From a bacterium (GTDB lineage Bacteria > Zhuqueibacterota > Zhuqueibacteria > Oceanimicrobiales > Oceanimicrobiaceae): 64,000 nucleotides of DNA. Positions 30,785 to 41,577 of the stretch are shown here, piece by piece. Both the position numbers and the translations under genes were made by a program. The stretch covers positions 213,638-277,637 of the forward strand of contig JBBIIG010000001.1 of NCBI GenBank assembly GCA_037446635.1, written 5' to 3'. Every line of letters begins with the position of its first letter. Position 1 is the stretch's first letter. The notes under the pieces were generated by a model that did not search any database, was not told where the DNA came from, and saw only the letters and a program-made list of their open reading frames with translations.

Positions 30785-30880
30785 AACCGCAAAGATCGCA
30801 AAGATGGCGGAAAGGCCGCTAATGAAGACCATTTTTTCCCTTTGCGCCCTTTGCATTTTCTTAGCGACCTTTGCGGTAAA
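30785..30880. repeat. Imperfect inverted repeat of ~9-nt units (CGCAAAG.../CTTTGCG...)
   Basis: AACCGCAAAGATCGCAAAG ... CTTTGCGCCCTTTGC...CTTTGCGGT. Confidence 0.6.
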
Positions 30881-30921
30881 GTTACGCAGGCAGGTGATTC
30901 TGCTAAGCTGTATTTGGCAAA

Positions 30922-31287
30922 CTAAGCGGGAACCGCACTGGCGCTGAGGGATTCGGTAATTTTTTTCTTAACTTCGCCGTCGTCAAGCTGCCGCAAAAGC
31001 TCATCAATCGACTTGCCGATGGCCGACCAATTGTTTTTGCCAAAAACTTTATCGCCAAACAAAAAATAACCGTTCGGGCATTTATATAGAATCACGCTTT
31101 TGAAATCACCCACGTAGCCGGTTTTTAAAATTTCTTCGCCCTTAAATTGGACGGTGGTGTCCTTCACATGCAAAACACGGCTGACGGTATTGAGCTGGTT
31201 GAGGAATCTTCGACCCTCGGCAGTTTGGAGATTGGTTTCGAGGTCAAGCGAGATGGCATCTTTGGGCTTTGCGGCTTTTTCAGACAT
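30922..31287 (-). CDS. Hypothetical protein
   Basis: 121-aa ORF with GGAGG RBS, co-oriented with neighbours. Confidence 0.75.
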   Translation of the reverse strand: MSEKAAKPKDAISLDLETNLQTAEGRRFLNQLNTVSRVLHVKDTTVQFKGEEILKTGYVGDFKSVILYKCPNGYFLFGDKVFGKNNWSAIGKSIDELLRQLDDGEVKKKITESLSASAVPA

Positions 31288-31382
31288 GCACTTTCTTCCT
31301 CCAATAGATAACGTAAGCTTGCTGGCGTAAAAGCAACGCGAAAATACACATTATCTCAGGGAAATGCAAGAAAAAATCCGTT

Positions 31383-32522
31383 TCAACTGCCGTTGCTAAA
31401 AACGGCTTTCGTGTCGGGCGCGCTCCCTTCTTCAATTGCCTTCAAGATAAAGTTGGCGTACTTGCGATGTCCGGAATTGTTGAAGTGTGAATTGGGAAGC
31501 TTCATGTAATCGCTTTCATCGAGAAAATCCGGGATATATGCCTCGAACTCTCTGAAAAAATTTTGATGGTATCGGATGCTGTTGGCTGGCTGCTGTCTTC
31601 GCGGGTGAATTGGGATCACGAACATCATAAAACGCGCGCCAACCTTTTCCGAAGCGGATTTGATTCGCAGCAGAGATTCGCGAACGCGATCATAAACCGG
31701 ACTGGCGGCCTCATTTTCCGAATCGGCGAACGCCTCACGCTTGATTTTGGAAGCGGCCACCACCAAATAGGTGCCGACCACCGTTTTCGTCAACGCATTT
31801 CGCAGCGCTGATTTAAACGGCACGGCGTTCTGCAGCGAATCGGTCGCGGCGTTGTTTTTGGCAAGATAATACTCGTAGGCCTGCTGCGGAGTCATGTAAT
31901 TTCCATCGTCGTCGAAGGCGTATAAAAATTTGGCGTTGGTCACGTGATAGAGATTTTTGAACGGCATCATTGGCCGCGGCGCAATGAAATCGTTGCCGAT
32001 ATAAAACATCACCGCAACGATATCCGGTTTCAGCAGCGGCGCATATTTTTCTGCGAGATAAGCATATTGGTGGGGATCCGTACCCGGAATGCCCAAATTG
32101 AAGGTAACGAATCCCTGCTGGCCAACCAGATCCACAAACGATTTTGTGATGGGTCGGGCGCTGGATCCCCAGGTGAAGGAATCGCCGAGAAAAAGTATTT
32201 TCGGTTGCTGTGCAGGGAGAGGCCGATCGAATTCCGCGCTGCGAAAGCCGTCGGAGTTGATGTAAATGTCATCGCTCCATTTTTTGTAATCGGGGTTGGC
32301 TTTGAACACGCCCTCGCCATCGGTACAAAACGAGCTGTCCACCTCCAAACGCTCGACGACCCGAAAGCGCGAATAGCGAGGAACATAGCCCGGCCGCTTG
32401 CCTATCAGCCGCAGCGCGGCTTCGGCAAAAAGCAAAGTCCCCATCGCAGAGACGAGCAACAGGGCAACGTTGAACAACAATTTGTTATTTTGTTTTTGCC
32501 GTTCCGTGGTTGCTTCACCCAA
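31383..32522 (-). CDS. SGNH/GDSL hydrolase family protein
   Basis: INSDGFR, LGDSFTWG, NLGIPG, GND, SHFNNSGH; N-terminal TM anchor. Confidence 0.88.
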   Translation of the reverse strand: MGEATTERQKQNNKLLFNVALLLVSAMGTLLFAEAALRLIGKRPGYVPRYSRFRVVERLEVDSSFCTDGEGVFKANPDYKKWSDDIYINSDGFRSAEFDRPLPAQQPKILFLGDSFTWGSSARPITKSFVDLVGQQGFVTFNLGIPGTDPHQYAYLAEKYAPLLKPDIVAVMFYIGNDFIAPRPMMPFKNLYHVTNAKFLYAFDDDGNYMTPQQAYEYYLAKNNAATDSLQNAVPFKSALRNALTKTVVGTYLVVAASKIKREAFADSENEAASPVYDRVRESLLRIKSASEKVGARFMMFVIPIHPRRQQPANSIRYHQNFFREFEAYIPDFLDESDYMKLPNSHFNNSGHRKYANFILKAIEEGSAPDTKAVFSNGS

Positions 32523-32558
32523 AAAATTTAAGTGCGACCTCTCAGTTTAGCTGGCTGC

Positions 32559-33083
32559 TCATTTCAACAAAGTGAGCTTGCGGGATTGAACAAACCCTTC
32601 GGTTTGCATACGATAAAAATAAACGCCGCTGGCCAACGCGCCGGCGTCCAACTGCAGCTTGTATTCACCGGCGGCCAAGCGATCATCCAATAGCGTTGCC
32701 ACTTCGCGCCCACGCAGATCGTAAAGCTTAATGCTGACTTGTGAGGTTTGAGGGACGGCAAACTGGATGGTGGTCGCCGGGTTGAATGGGTTAGGATAAT
32801 TTTGGTCGAGCCGGAAAGAATTGGGAAGGCTGTTGGGAATCGGCTCAACTGAAGTCACAATGTCCACGCCCACCCAGAACCCTGAGACATGAATGATCGC
32901 TTGCGTGCTGCTCACGCCAATCGCCGGCTGGCCAATGGTGCCGAGGATTTGAAATTGCGAATTGGCAATCGGCGTACCGCCGCTGCCGAGCACAAAACGC
33001 GCGATCTGAATTTGCGCCGCCAACGGATTCGCCGCAGCGGCTGCTAACCCAAAAACCAGAACGAACGCAATTAATTTGTTCAC
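32559..33083 (-). CDS. Small secreted protein with T9SS-type C-terminal domain
   Basis: Signal peptide, GSGG...TIGQP...SGFW domain, LDQNYPNPFNP...ASGVYFYR tail. Confidence 0.87.
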   Translation of the reverse strand: MNKLIAFVLVFGLAAAAANPLAAQIQIARFVLGSGGTPIANSQFQILGTIGQPAIGVSSTQAIIHVSGFWVGVDIVTSVEPIPNSLPNSFRLDQNYPNPFNPATTIQFAVPQTSQVSIKLYDLRGREVATLLDDRLAAGEYKLQLDAGALASGVYFYRMQTEGFVQSRKLTLLK

Positions 33084-33103
33084 GATTTTTCTCCCGAAAT
33101 TGG

Positions 33104-34741
33104 TTACCGATTCATACCCAGTGGAGCATCCTGCGTTTCAGTGTCTCTGCTGGAAAGGGATTCGAGGCGCGCCTTCAGATCGTCAATTTGCTTCTGCTGT
33201 TCTTTAATGGCTTCGACCAGCAATCCCACCAGATGGCCGTAATCCACCGACTTCGCATCTTGGCCATTATTTTCGAACTTCACCACTTCCGGCACCACCT
33301 CCCCTACCTCCTCGGCGATCAAACCGATATCGGCGCGGCCGTCTTTTTTCCATTGGTAGGAAACGCCGCGCAGTAACCGCACTTTTTGCAGCGCGCTTTC
33401 AATAGTTTGAATGTTGGTTTTCCAGCGGCGGGAGCTGGGGTTGCCGGGATAAGCTTCGGTTTGAATGCTGCCATCGGGAAATTCGAGCGCGGTTCCGATC
33501 ACCACGCGATTCGTCGTACCATCCAAAGTTAGAGCCGCACTATCAACGCCTAATCGTTCAAATTCCAGATTGCCAAAACTCTCCAGGCCAACATGCATAT
33601 CCCACTGCGTTTGAGTATCATCCATTCGCAGACGAACTGCCGGAGAAAGAAGGTGCAGTTGCGCTCCCGGAGTTGTGGTTCCAATTCCCACGTTGCCAAC
33701 GTCATCGACAAAAACCGCATCGACCGGGTTGCCGTCCGCCGCATTCAAAGCATTGAGGTTGACGTCGTCGGTCGCCCCATTCACGGAACGAACCACCGCG
33801 CCATCGGCAATTTTAGCCGCGGTGACGGCATCGTCAGCCAGCTTCGCGGTGGAGACGCCGTCGTCGGCCAGCGACAGGGTTACATCGCCGGTGGTTCCGC
33901 CGCCGGTCAAACCGGTTCCCGCGGTCACCGAAGTTATGTCGCCGTCGCCGCTGCCGGCCGCAGCAATGATGAGGGTGTTGCCGTCGGGTGTGATAGTGAC
34001 GTTGGTACCCGCGCTCAGACTGACGCCGTCAGTAAGCCCATTCAACGTTTTGACCACTTCCTCGGCGGCGATTTTGTCCGCCGTAACCGCGCCGTTTGCT
34101 AACTTGGCGTTGGTGACGCCGGCGTCGGCAATCGACAAACTCACTTCGCCGGTGGTGCCGCCGCCGGCCAATCCAGCACCGGCGGTCACCGCGGTGATGT
34201 CGCCGTCGCCGCTGCCGGCCGCAGAAATAGTGAGGGTGTTGCCGCTGGGGGTGATGGTGACGTTTTCTCCGGCGGACAACACCACGTCTTCTTTCAGACT
34301 ATTCACGCTGCGCACCACGGTGTTTGGGGCGATTTTGCCGGAGGTCACGGAGTTGTCGGCGATGGAACGCGCGTGCAAACTATAGGGCGCAGCAGTAAGC
34401 TCGATGCGCGGGGTCAATTCGGCCCCTTCCCCAACCGTAATTCCCAACCAATATTGTTTGTCGAACGCCAAATTCAGCGGCGTGGTTTTTCCTAAAATGA
34501 CGCCGAACAGCCCGCCGACGACGGGCACGGTGTGCTCCTCCATCCAAAGCGCCGAACCGCCGGAGCTGACGTCATAAATTTTGAACATGATGGTGTAGTC
34601 GCGATCGGTGACAACGGAACCGCCGGGCAGAGCCAGAATCCCCTGATAGCTGAGTGTGGTGGGGACCTGCGCCAAAGTGCTCCGGTTAGAAAATAACGCC
34701 AACGAAAAAACGACTGTAAAAAACCATGCTGTCTTCTTCAT
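33104..34741 (-). CDS. Secreted fibre-like protein with C-terminal peptidase S74 intramolecular chaperone
   Basis: [11 protein letters not shown]-domain, tandem GDGDIT.VTAG.GL.GGGTTG repeats, [14 protein letters not shown]...IGLIAEEV...VDY...EAIKEQQ. Confidence 0.88.
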   Translation of the reverse strand: MKKTAWFFTVVFSLALFSNRSTLAQVPTTLSYQGILALPGGSVVTDRDYTIMFKIYDVSSGGSALWMEEHTVPVVGGLFGVILGKTTPLNLAFDKQYWLGITVGEGAELTPRIELTAAPYSLHARSIADNSVTSGKIAPNTVVRSVNSLKEDVVLSAGENVTITPSGNTLTISAAGSGDGDITAVTAGAGLAGGGTTGEVSLSIADAGVTNAKLANGAVTADKIAAEEVVKTLNGLTDGVSLSAGTNVTITPDGNTLIIAAAGSGDGDITSVTAGTGLTGGGTTGDVTLSLADDGVSTAKLADDAVTAAKIADGAVVRSVNGATDDVNLNALNAADGNPVDAVFVDDVGNVGIGTTTPGAQLHLLSPAVRLRMDDTQTQWDMHVGLESFGNLEFERLGVDSAALTLDGTTNRVVIGTALEFPDGSIQTEAYPGNPSSRRWKTNIQTIESALQKVRLLRGVSYQWKKDGRADIGLIAEEVGEVVPEVVKFENNGQDAKSVDYGHLVGLLVEAIKEQQKQIDDLKARLESLSSRDTETQDAPLGMNR

Positions 34742-34874
34742 GCTGCAATCCTTTCTAATGAAAAAAAATTGATACTGGCCGCAAAGCAGGTTAGATTCGA
34801 TATGAATTAAACGGCCTTATTATAATACAGCTTAGGGGTTAGAAGTGGGGAAAGTGAGGGAGGATTTTTTAGGA

Positions 34875-34917
34875 TTTTAAGTTGAGACTCATCTCTGAGA
34901 TGAGTCTCAACTTAAAA
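34875..34917. repeat. Perfect palindrome with 21-bp arms (REP-like or terminator)
   Basis: TTTTAAGTTGAGACTCATCTC-t-GAGATGAGTCTCAACTTAAAA. Confidence 0.8.
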
Positions 34918-34920
34918 GAA

Positions 34921-36135
34921 CTACTTCTGCGCCGCGTAATCCAGTGTCTGCTGCCAGACGCGCAGCACGTTGCCGCTGAGAATTTTTTCGATATTGGTTT
35001 CGGAGTAGCCGCGCTTGAGGAGATGATAAATTAGCTTCGGGTAATCGGCTGCGGATTTTAAATCTTTTGGCAGCGAATCGCCCACGCCGTCGAAATCAGA
35101 GCCGAGGCCCACGTGATCGATACCGGCGATTTTCACCACATGATCGATGTGAGCCACCACATCTGCAATGGTGGCATAGGGATAAGGATTTTGCTTTTTA
35201 TATTCATCCATCTCGGTTTTCACGCGATGATCCCTTTCGTCCGCGATGCCGCGGCTGGACATAAATTGCTTGCGGTGCGCCCAATATTTGTTGTCGTATT
35301 TATTGGCCGTCTCGGTCAAAAATGACGAGCCAAAATTGATTTGAATCACCCCGCCCTTCTGCGCCAGCGCCCGCAGCATGTCGTCATCCACGTTGCGTTC
35401 CCAGCCGGGCGTGAAGTGACGGCAACTGGAGTGCGAGCAAATCGGCGGCGTTTTGGACAACCGCAGTACTTGATAAAATGTTGAATCCGAAACGTGCGAA
35501 ATATCCACCATGATCCCGACGCGGTTCATCTCCGCCACCACCTTTTTGCCAAATGAACTCAAACCGTTCCAGCCTTTGTCAGGATCATAAGAGGAATCAC
35601 AAATGAGATTTTTTTTGCCGTGGGTCAGCGTGATATAACGAATTCCGTTTTCAAAAAAATATTTCACATTCTTCAGATCATCTTCGATGGCCGAGCCGTT
35701 TTCCATTCCATACGGCAGCGAAATTAAGCCTTTGGCAAAATTATTTTTTACATCCGCGGGGGTGAGTGCGCTGGCAAATTTATCCGGATGCTTCGCGATG
35801 ATGCTATCCATCATAGCGATTAATTTCTCGGCGTGTCTTTTGGAGGCGCCGGGCGTCTGCTGATATGACGCCGGAATAAAAATGGACATGAACGGCGCGT
35901 CCAGCCCTCCTTCTTTGGCGCGCGGGTAATCGAAATCGCCTTTGGCGGTCTTTTGCGAAATGTCCTCCATTTCTTCGAGTAAACGGTAGGGAACATCAAC
36001 ATGACCATCTAAAATGATGGTGGAAGCTGCAATCCGCCGGGCGCGGGCGTAAAGTTCCGGATCGTAACCCGCGGGAGTTTTATCGCTGTTCGTACTCATC
36101 ATTACCGCAATAAGAATTAAGTTGATGGCGATCAC
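34921..36135 (-). CDS. Membrane dipeptidase (M19)
   Basis: DGHVD, GMEN, TLTH, DISH, SHS, GLGSDFDG. Confidence 0.93.
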   Translation of the reverse strand: MIAINLILIAVMMSTNSDKTPAGYDPELYARARRIAASTIILDGHVDVPYRLLEEMEDISQKTAKGDFDYPRAKEGGLDAPFMSIFIPASYQQTPGASKRHAEKLIAMMDSIIAKHPDKFASALTPADVKNNFAKGLISLPYGMENGSAIEDDLKNVKYFFENGIRYITLTHGKKNLICDSSYDPDKGWNGLSSFGKKVVAEMNRVGIMVDISHVSDSTFYQVLRLSKTPPICSHSSCRHFTPGWERNVDDDMLRALAQKGGVIQINFGSSFLTETANKYDNKYWAHRKQFMSSRGIADERDHRVKTEMDEYKKQNPYPYATIADVVAHIDHVVKIAGIDHVGLGSDFDGVGDSLPKDLKSAADYPKLIYHLLKRGYSETNIEKILSGNVLRVWQQTLDYAAQK

Positions 36136-36162
36136 GTTTACCCTCCGGTTTGTTTTGCAATT

Positions 36163-37764
36163 CTAATTCTCGTCGATGAAATCGTTGTTGATTTTTCGAT
36201 CCACCTTCGGCCGCGTCTCGCGGTTGGCGACCTTCCAGCCAGTGAGATAAACCAGCCGAGCGATGCGCGCCATTTTGTTGAAATTGATTTTATCGACCGT
36301 ATCGGTGACTTTGTGATAATCTTCGTGCACCCCGGAAAAATAAAAGATGATCGGGATGCCGCGCCGGGCGTAGTTGTAGTGATCGCTGCGATAATAAAAG
36401 CGATTGGGGTCGCTTTCCGTGTTGTAGGTGTAATCGAAATTCAGCCCAATCATCTCGTTGGCCGCGAGGTTGATTTGATGCAGCTCCTGCGACAGAAAAT
36501 CCGAGCCGATGATGTAAACCGAGTTGGAGTCGTTGCGGCCGATCATGTCCATGTTCAATTGTGCCACAGTGTTTTGCAGCGGCACCAGCGGATGCTCAGT
36601 ATAATACCGCGAGCCGAGCAATCCCTTTTCCTCCCCGGTGTGTGAGATAAAAATCAAGCTGCGTTTGGGCCGCTCGGGATTTTTGGCAAAGGCGCGGGCA
36701 ATTTCTAACATCGCGGTGGTGCCGCTGCCGTCGTCATCGGCGCCGTTAAACACGTCGCCGCTGTCATCGATGCCCACGTGATCGTAGTGGGCGCCAAACG
36801 CCACCACCTCATTTTTCAAAACCGGCTCTGCGCCTTCGAGATAGGCCACCACATTTTGAGTGATTTTGGTTTCCGTTTGAACCTTCAAATTCAGCGTCAC
36901 TTGCGTCTTCTTGATTTCAAACGACTGCGGCGCTTGTTTCTCCAAGATTTTTGCGCGCAGCGACTCCACCGTCCAACCGCTGCTGGCAAGCAGTGAATTG
37001 GCGAGCGTACTGGTAACGTAAAGCAGCGGCAAATCATCCGCATCGTCCGCGAGTTTGACGCTCACACGATTGAACCAGCGCCGCGCCAGCGGGTCTGTGC
37101 GAGACACGAGCCGGTCGTTAATAATCAACAGCGCGGCGGCGCCGACTTTCTTCGCAGCAGCCGATTTCGTCCGGCCATCACGAAACGTTGGCGGAGCAAT
37201 AAAAAATTTTTTGACGCCGGAGGAATCCTGGAACTTCGGCGTTCCTGAAAACATCAACAAAATTTTACCCGCGCAGTCAACGGCTTCGAAATCATCATAT
37301 TTCCGGCTGTCGTCGGTGAATCCAAAACCGGCGAACACCACCGGCGCAGTTATCGAGCGGTCCTCCCGCAGGTGGCCGACCGCCGCAAAATCTCTGGATA
37401 TCGAAAAAACGGTTGGCCTGTTTTTATCGGCCGAAGAAACGATCAAGTTGGTCAGACTGTCAAATCGGCTCTCACGAATGAAGAAGCTTTGAAACATAGA
37501 ATTCTGGCCGGGCGGCGGCGTGAGTCCCGCCAGACGATACTGGGCCTCCAAAAATTTCGCGGCGATGTTTAAGCCGCGATGCCCGGTGTCCCTCCCCTCC
37601 AATTCATCCGCTGCCAGAAAGCTCAGGATCGCCTTCATAGACTCCGGTTGAATGGCGTCGAAACCGGGGCGCGCGGCATCGGGGACGGGCGTGGTTGCAA
37701 TAAGCAAAAGGCTGCACGTCAAAACGACAGCCGTGAGGGAACGAGTCATCATGCCTTTCTTCAT
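36163..37764 (-). CDS. M28 family aminopeptidase with PA domain
   Basis: GAHYDH, GADDDGSG, GEEKGLLGS, NMDMIGR, RSDH, DYH. Confidence 0.93.
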   Translation of the reverse strand: MKKGMMTRSLTAVVLTCSLLLIATTPVPDAARPGFDAIQPESMKAILSFLAADELEGRDTGHRGLNIAAKFLEAQYRLAGLTPPPGQNSMFQSFFIRESRFDSLTNLIVSSADKNRPTVFSISRDFAAVGHLREDRSITAPVVFAGFGFTDDSRKYDDFEAVDCAGKILLMFSGTPKFQDSSGVKKFFIAPPTFRDGRTKSAAAKKVGAAALLIINDRLVSRTDPLARRWFNRVSVKLADDADDLPLLYVTSTLANSLLASSGWTVESLRAKILEKQAPQSFEIKKTQVTLNLKVQTETKITQNVVAYLEGAEPVLKNEVVAFGAHYDHVGIDDSGDVFNGADDDGSGTTAMLEIARAFAKNPERPKRSLIFISHTGEEKGLLGSRYYTEHPLVPLQNTVAQLNMDMIGRNDSNSVYIIGSDFLSQELHQINLAANEMIGLNFDYTYNTESDPNRFYYRSDHYNYARRGIPIIFYFSGVHEDYHKVTDTVDKINFNKMARIARLVYLTGWKVANRETRPKVDRKINNDFIDEN

Positions 37765-37852
37765 ACAAACCTTTCTTCTGAGATCTCTGTTTGTAAAAAT
37801 ATTCAACCGCCGGCGGCAATTCAATCGGGACGAAATAATCGGCATCGGGGTA

Positions 37853-39142
37853 TCACACCCGCAAATTCTCCCGCACTTCTTTGTCTTTACTCACCCGCCA
37901 GATTTTAGAATCGAGATAATAATGCTGCATCGCCCAGCCTAACAAAAATGCCGCAAAGATGCGCTCGCCCAAATGCAGCTCCGCCGGCTTCTGAACCCCA
38001 GCCATCATGCCCAGCGAATTCAAGACTACCTGATCCAATTTCAACCCGGTGAGATTTTGCAGCCAGTCGATCCACGGCCCGCGATAAAAAATCAAGGTGA
38101 ACAGAAGGCCGACCATTGCATACACCGCAAAATTTTTGAAAAGTGTTTTCACCCAACGATAACTGCGCTCGGTTTTGTTTTTATACTTGTTTTGTGCAAA
38201 CGAATAGACAATACAGTGATATTGAATGTTATGACCAATGGTCACCAGCGGCACGATGAATACCGCCATGATCGGATGACTGAACGCCACGAAATGCAGC
38301 GGCACAATCAACAGCATGTAGAGCAACTTGCTGCCGTTCAAAATCTGGCCATCGCGCCAGAGTTTGATCTGAAACGCAATGTAACCGGTAATCGTGACGA
38401 GATACAGAGCCCAAGTCAGCGGATATACCACTGAGCCGATGCTGACATTCCCGATCAGCGGCGTCCGCAAGCCGAGGTCCGGGAAACCGGGGGTGCGGGC
38501 ATAAAACGGACTGGCCATGAACATCGCCAGCGGCAGGTAAAGACTCAGGTTGAAAAACCAGTAATCGATTTTGTTGGTGAGATCGCCGTAGTCGTTGGCC
38601 TTGCGTTTGTAAAGCGCAAAAAATCCCCAGTGCTGTCGCACGACGTGATAGTAGGCCCACAAGCGGAAGAAAACAAAAAAGAGAATTCCACCTCCAGCCA
38701 AAGTAGCTTCCGAAAAAGTGACACCGAGACGCTTACTGAAACTGCCAAACGCGTAGGGCAAAACGATGGCAATCGGTCCGACGAAAAACCACAGAAACGA
38801 GCGGCGGATTTCCCGGCCGCGCACCCGCCATTCATCCGGATCGAAGAGCGTGCGGCCGAGCGTTGCCCACACATGCGGCGCATCCAATAGCAGCGCCCAG
38901 CTTAAAACCACCAGCAAATACAAATTCAACGTGATGGTTTGCCCGCCAATTTGAATGATGGAAAACGCATCGTTGAGCGGATCATCCAGCGTGCGAATCG
39001 CAAGCCAAATCACACCGACGTACAGCCAGCCCGCCAATGTCGAGCCAATATAAAACAGCAAATCTTTCTGCGGACTCAAAATCCACGTGAAGCGAATGCG
39101 ACTCGAAATATAATTGGGGAATGCGACGTTCAGTTCGGCCAT
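37853..39142 (-). CDS. Polytopic membrane protein with conserved His motifs
   Basis: PHVWAT, YHVVRQHWGF, GHNIQYH, QHYYLDSKIW; many TM segments. Confidence 0.8.
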   Translation of the reverse strand: MAELNVAFPNYISSRIRFTWILSPQKDLLFYIGSTLAGWLYVGVIWLAIRTLDDPLNDAFSIIQIGGQTITLNLYLLVVLSWALLLDAPHVWATLGRTLFDPDEWRVRGREIRRSFLWFFVGPIAIVLPYAFGSFSKRLGVTFSEATLAGGGILFFVFFRLWAYYHVVRQHWGFFALYKRKANDYGDLTNKIDYWFFNLSLYLPLAMFMASPFYARTPGFPDLGLRTPLIGNVSIGSVVYPLTWALYLVTITGYIAFQIKLWRDGQILNGSKLLYMLLIVPLHFVAFSHPIMAVFIVPLVTIGHNIQYHCIVYSFAQNKYKNKTERSYRWVKTLFKNFAVYAMVGLLFTLIFYRGPWIDWLQNLTGLKLDQVVLNSLGMMAGVQKPAELHLGERIFAAFLLGWAMQHYYLDSKIWRVSKDKEVRENLRV

Positions 39143-39339
39143 GCGCGAAAATAATTGTTCGACTTTAAAAATGCAAGCAGAGATTTTTGGCATGAAAAAA
39201 ACAATTACGGGGATTGATAAGCAAAATGGGGTTAGAACTGCTTGAAAGCACAGCAACGCTACTGATGAGAAAATCGGATCAACAGAGATATCAGTTTTCG
39301 GGCAATCCGCGTTCTACACCATCTTTTCAAAAGAAACTA

Positions 39340-40653
39340 TCACAGCTTGCGAAAAACCTGCGCGACGGCCTCAACCGTGTTTGCTACATCCCCCTCCGAA
39401 TGAGCCAGCGAAACGAACGCTGCCTCAAACTGCGACGGCGCAAAATAGCTGGCGCCTGCCCGCCCAGAGCCTAAGGCAGACGGGCGGCTCAGCATTTCGT
39501 GGAAGAATTTGGCGTAACGTTGGGTGTCGGCAGTTTTGGCGGTGGGCCAATCCACTACAGTTTCGGAAGTAAAAAACATTCCTAACATCGAGCCGACGCG
39601 GGTTTGGAAAATCGGCACACCGGCAGACTCGGCGGCTTGTTTAATGCCATCAGCCAATTGGCTGGCGAGTTTTTCGAGTTTGGGATAAGTGTCCGGCTGT
39701 TTCAAAATTTTCAGTGTGGCGATGCCGGCGGTCATGGCCACCGGATTCCCCGCAAGTGTGCCAGCCTGATAAACCGGCCCCACCGGCGCAATGAGCTGCA
39801 TAATCTCTTTGCGTCCGCCGTACGCGCCCACCGGCAATCCCCCGCCGATGATTTTGCCGAGACAGGTGAGGTCGGGCATGATGCTGTACAACTGCTGAGC
39901 GCCGCCGTACGCTACCCGAAAGCCGGTAATGATTTCATCGAAAATCAATAGCGAATTATGAGCCTGCGTAATCTCGCGCAGACCTTCGAGGAATCCGGGT
40001 TGCGGCAGCACGACGCCCATGTTGCCCGCCACCGGCTCGACAATCACGCCGGCAATCTCATTCGGAAATTTTTCGAAAAGTTGGCGGACGGAATCGAGAT
40101 CGTTGTAGCGCGCCACGAGGGTATCCCCCACCGCGGTTTTGGGCACGCCCGGACTATCCGGCAGTCCCAACGTGACCACACCGGATCCCGCTTGCACCAG
40201 CAGCATGTCCGCGTGACCATGATAGCACCCCTCGAATTTGATGATCTTGTCGCGTTTGGTGTACGCGCGTGCCAGCCGCAGTGCGCTCATGGTGGCCTCG
40301 GTGCCGGAGTTCACAAACCGCACCATCTCGATGGACGGCACGGCCTCCACCACCATCTGCGCCAACTCCACTTCTACTTCGGTGGGCGCGCCGTAACTGG
40401 TACCGTTGCGAAGGGCGCGAGTCACGGCTTCAGTCACTTCCGGATGGGCGTGGCCGAGGATCATTGGTCCCCACGAGCAGACGTAGTCGGTGTAGCGGTT
40501 GCCATCGACATCAAACAGATACGGCCCCTCGGCGCGAGCGATGAACCGCGGCACGCCGCCCACAGCTTTGAAAGCGCGCACCGGACTATTGACGCCACCG
40601 GGGAGAAGCTCTTGGGCGCGAGTGAAGAGTTTTTCGGAGTTTTGGGTTTTCAT
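39340..40653 (-). CDS. hemL: Glutamate-1-semialdehyde 2,1-aminomutase
   Basis: [46 protein letters not shown]. Confidence 0.97.
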   Translation of the reverse strand: MKTQNSEKLFTRAQELLPGGVNSPVRAFKAVGGVPRFIARAEGPYLFDVDGNRYTDYVCSWGPMILGHAHPEVTEAVTRALRNGTSYGAPTEVEVELAQMVVEAVPSIEMVRFVNSGTEATMSALRLARAYTKRDKIIKFEGCYHGHADMLLVQAGSGVVTLGLPDSPGVPKTAVGDTLVARYNDLDSVRQLFEKFPNEIAGVIVEPVAGNMGVVLPQPGFLEGLREITQAHNSLLIFDEIITGFRVAYGGAQQLYSIMPDLTCLGKIIGGGLPVGAYGGRKEIMQLIAPVGPVYQAGTLAGNPVAMTAGIATLKILKQPDTYPKLEKLASQLADGIKQAAESAGVPIFQTRVGSMLGMFFTSETVVDWPTAKTADTQRYAKFFHEMLSRPSALGSGRAGASYFAPSQFEAAFVSLAHSEGDVANTVEAVAQVFRKL

Positions 40654-40734
40654 TGGTATTCTACCTTCGACTTGTTCAGAAATCTTTGAAAGAACAGGCA
40701 TAGGCAGCCCGCTGAAAACTGGCTTTCATAGATC

Positions 40735-41133
40735 TCACCAAAGATAAGTCAAGCCATGCTTTGAGTATTCTTTGATTTCGCTATCTTTTGAAATCAGTCT
40801 GAGTTTTTCGTTTATTGCCTGCCAAATGATGAGTCGGTCAAACGGATCTTTATGCTTGAGTTTTGGAAGATTGTGGAAGGAAGCCGCTTGATGTTCGGAT
40901 ATTTGTAGAGTCTCGATTCCTACCTCTTTTGCTTTTTCGGGTAGATCATCCGGGGAGATGCCTTTCAATGCCAGTTTTCCAATTGCGAACTGTAGAGAAA
41001 TTTCCCAAAACGTAATGACGCTCACATAGATTTCATTCTCAGGATTTCTGATTGCATCTTGAACCTTATTTGAGAGCCGTTCATCCTCAAACAGAGTCCA
41101 AAGAAAGGCATGGGTATCGAGCAGATATCTCAT
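40735..41133 (-). CDS. vapC: VapC-family PIN toxin
   Basis: YLLDTHAFLW, SVITFWEI, HKDPFDRLII, LISKD. Confidence 0.9.
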   Translation of the reverse strand: MRYLLDTHAFLWTLFEDERLSNKVQDAIRNPENEIYVSVITFWEISLQFAIGKLALKGISPDDLPEKAKEVGIETLQISEHQAASFHNLPKLKHKDPFDRLIIWQAINEKLRLISKDSEIKEYSKHGLTYLW

Positions 41134-41369
41134 GACTCAAAGAGTTCTTGTTCGGTCATTTTGAAACCATCTTTGAGTTCAAAAGTCGCCTTTCCCTTCA
41201 AAATACCCAACGGGCGTTCGCTCTTTCTTATATATTTTTCGTAAGGCACAATGATGGCAATCTTGTCACTCGTTTTGTTTTTACTGACAATGATTTCTTC
41301 GCCGTTTTTTACCATTTCAAAAACTTTTGCGAAATTGTTTTTGATTTGCGAATAAGTTATGGTCTTCAT
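41130..41369 (-). CDS. Phd/YefM-family antitoxin
   Basis: KTITYSQIKNNF...GEEIIVSK...RPLGILKG; ATGA overlap with the toxin gene. Confidence 0.87.
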   Translation of the reverse strand: MKTITYSQIKNNFAKVFEMVKNGEEIIVSKNKTSDKIAIIVPYEKYIRKSERPLGILKGKATFELKDGFKMTEQELFES

Positions 41370-41462
41370 TTGTTAAATCCCGTTTGACAATTCAAGTAGT
41401 AGAATCTAATCCTGAGAATCAAATAAAACAACGGAAAAATAGCGCCCCAGTCTATCCTCAGG

Positions 41463-41560
41463 CACTTCGCCGCATCCTTTGCATGATACGTCAAAAATCA
41501 CATCCGCGCCGGCGCGTTTGAATTTCCAGCGCGATGGCCTGCACGTTGATCCTGCCGTTT
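41463..41560 (-). pseudogene. Degenerate duplicate of hemB 3' end
   Basis: Aligns with 42433-42540, with small indels. Confidence 0.85.
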
Positions 41561-41577
41561 CCACGCTTAAAACAATA

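Noticed and set aside
33104..34741. Prophage inferred from tail-fibre/S74 domain
   Set aside because: The protein has a signal peptide and there are no phage structural, packaging or integration genes nearby.
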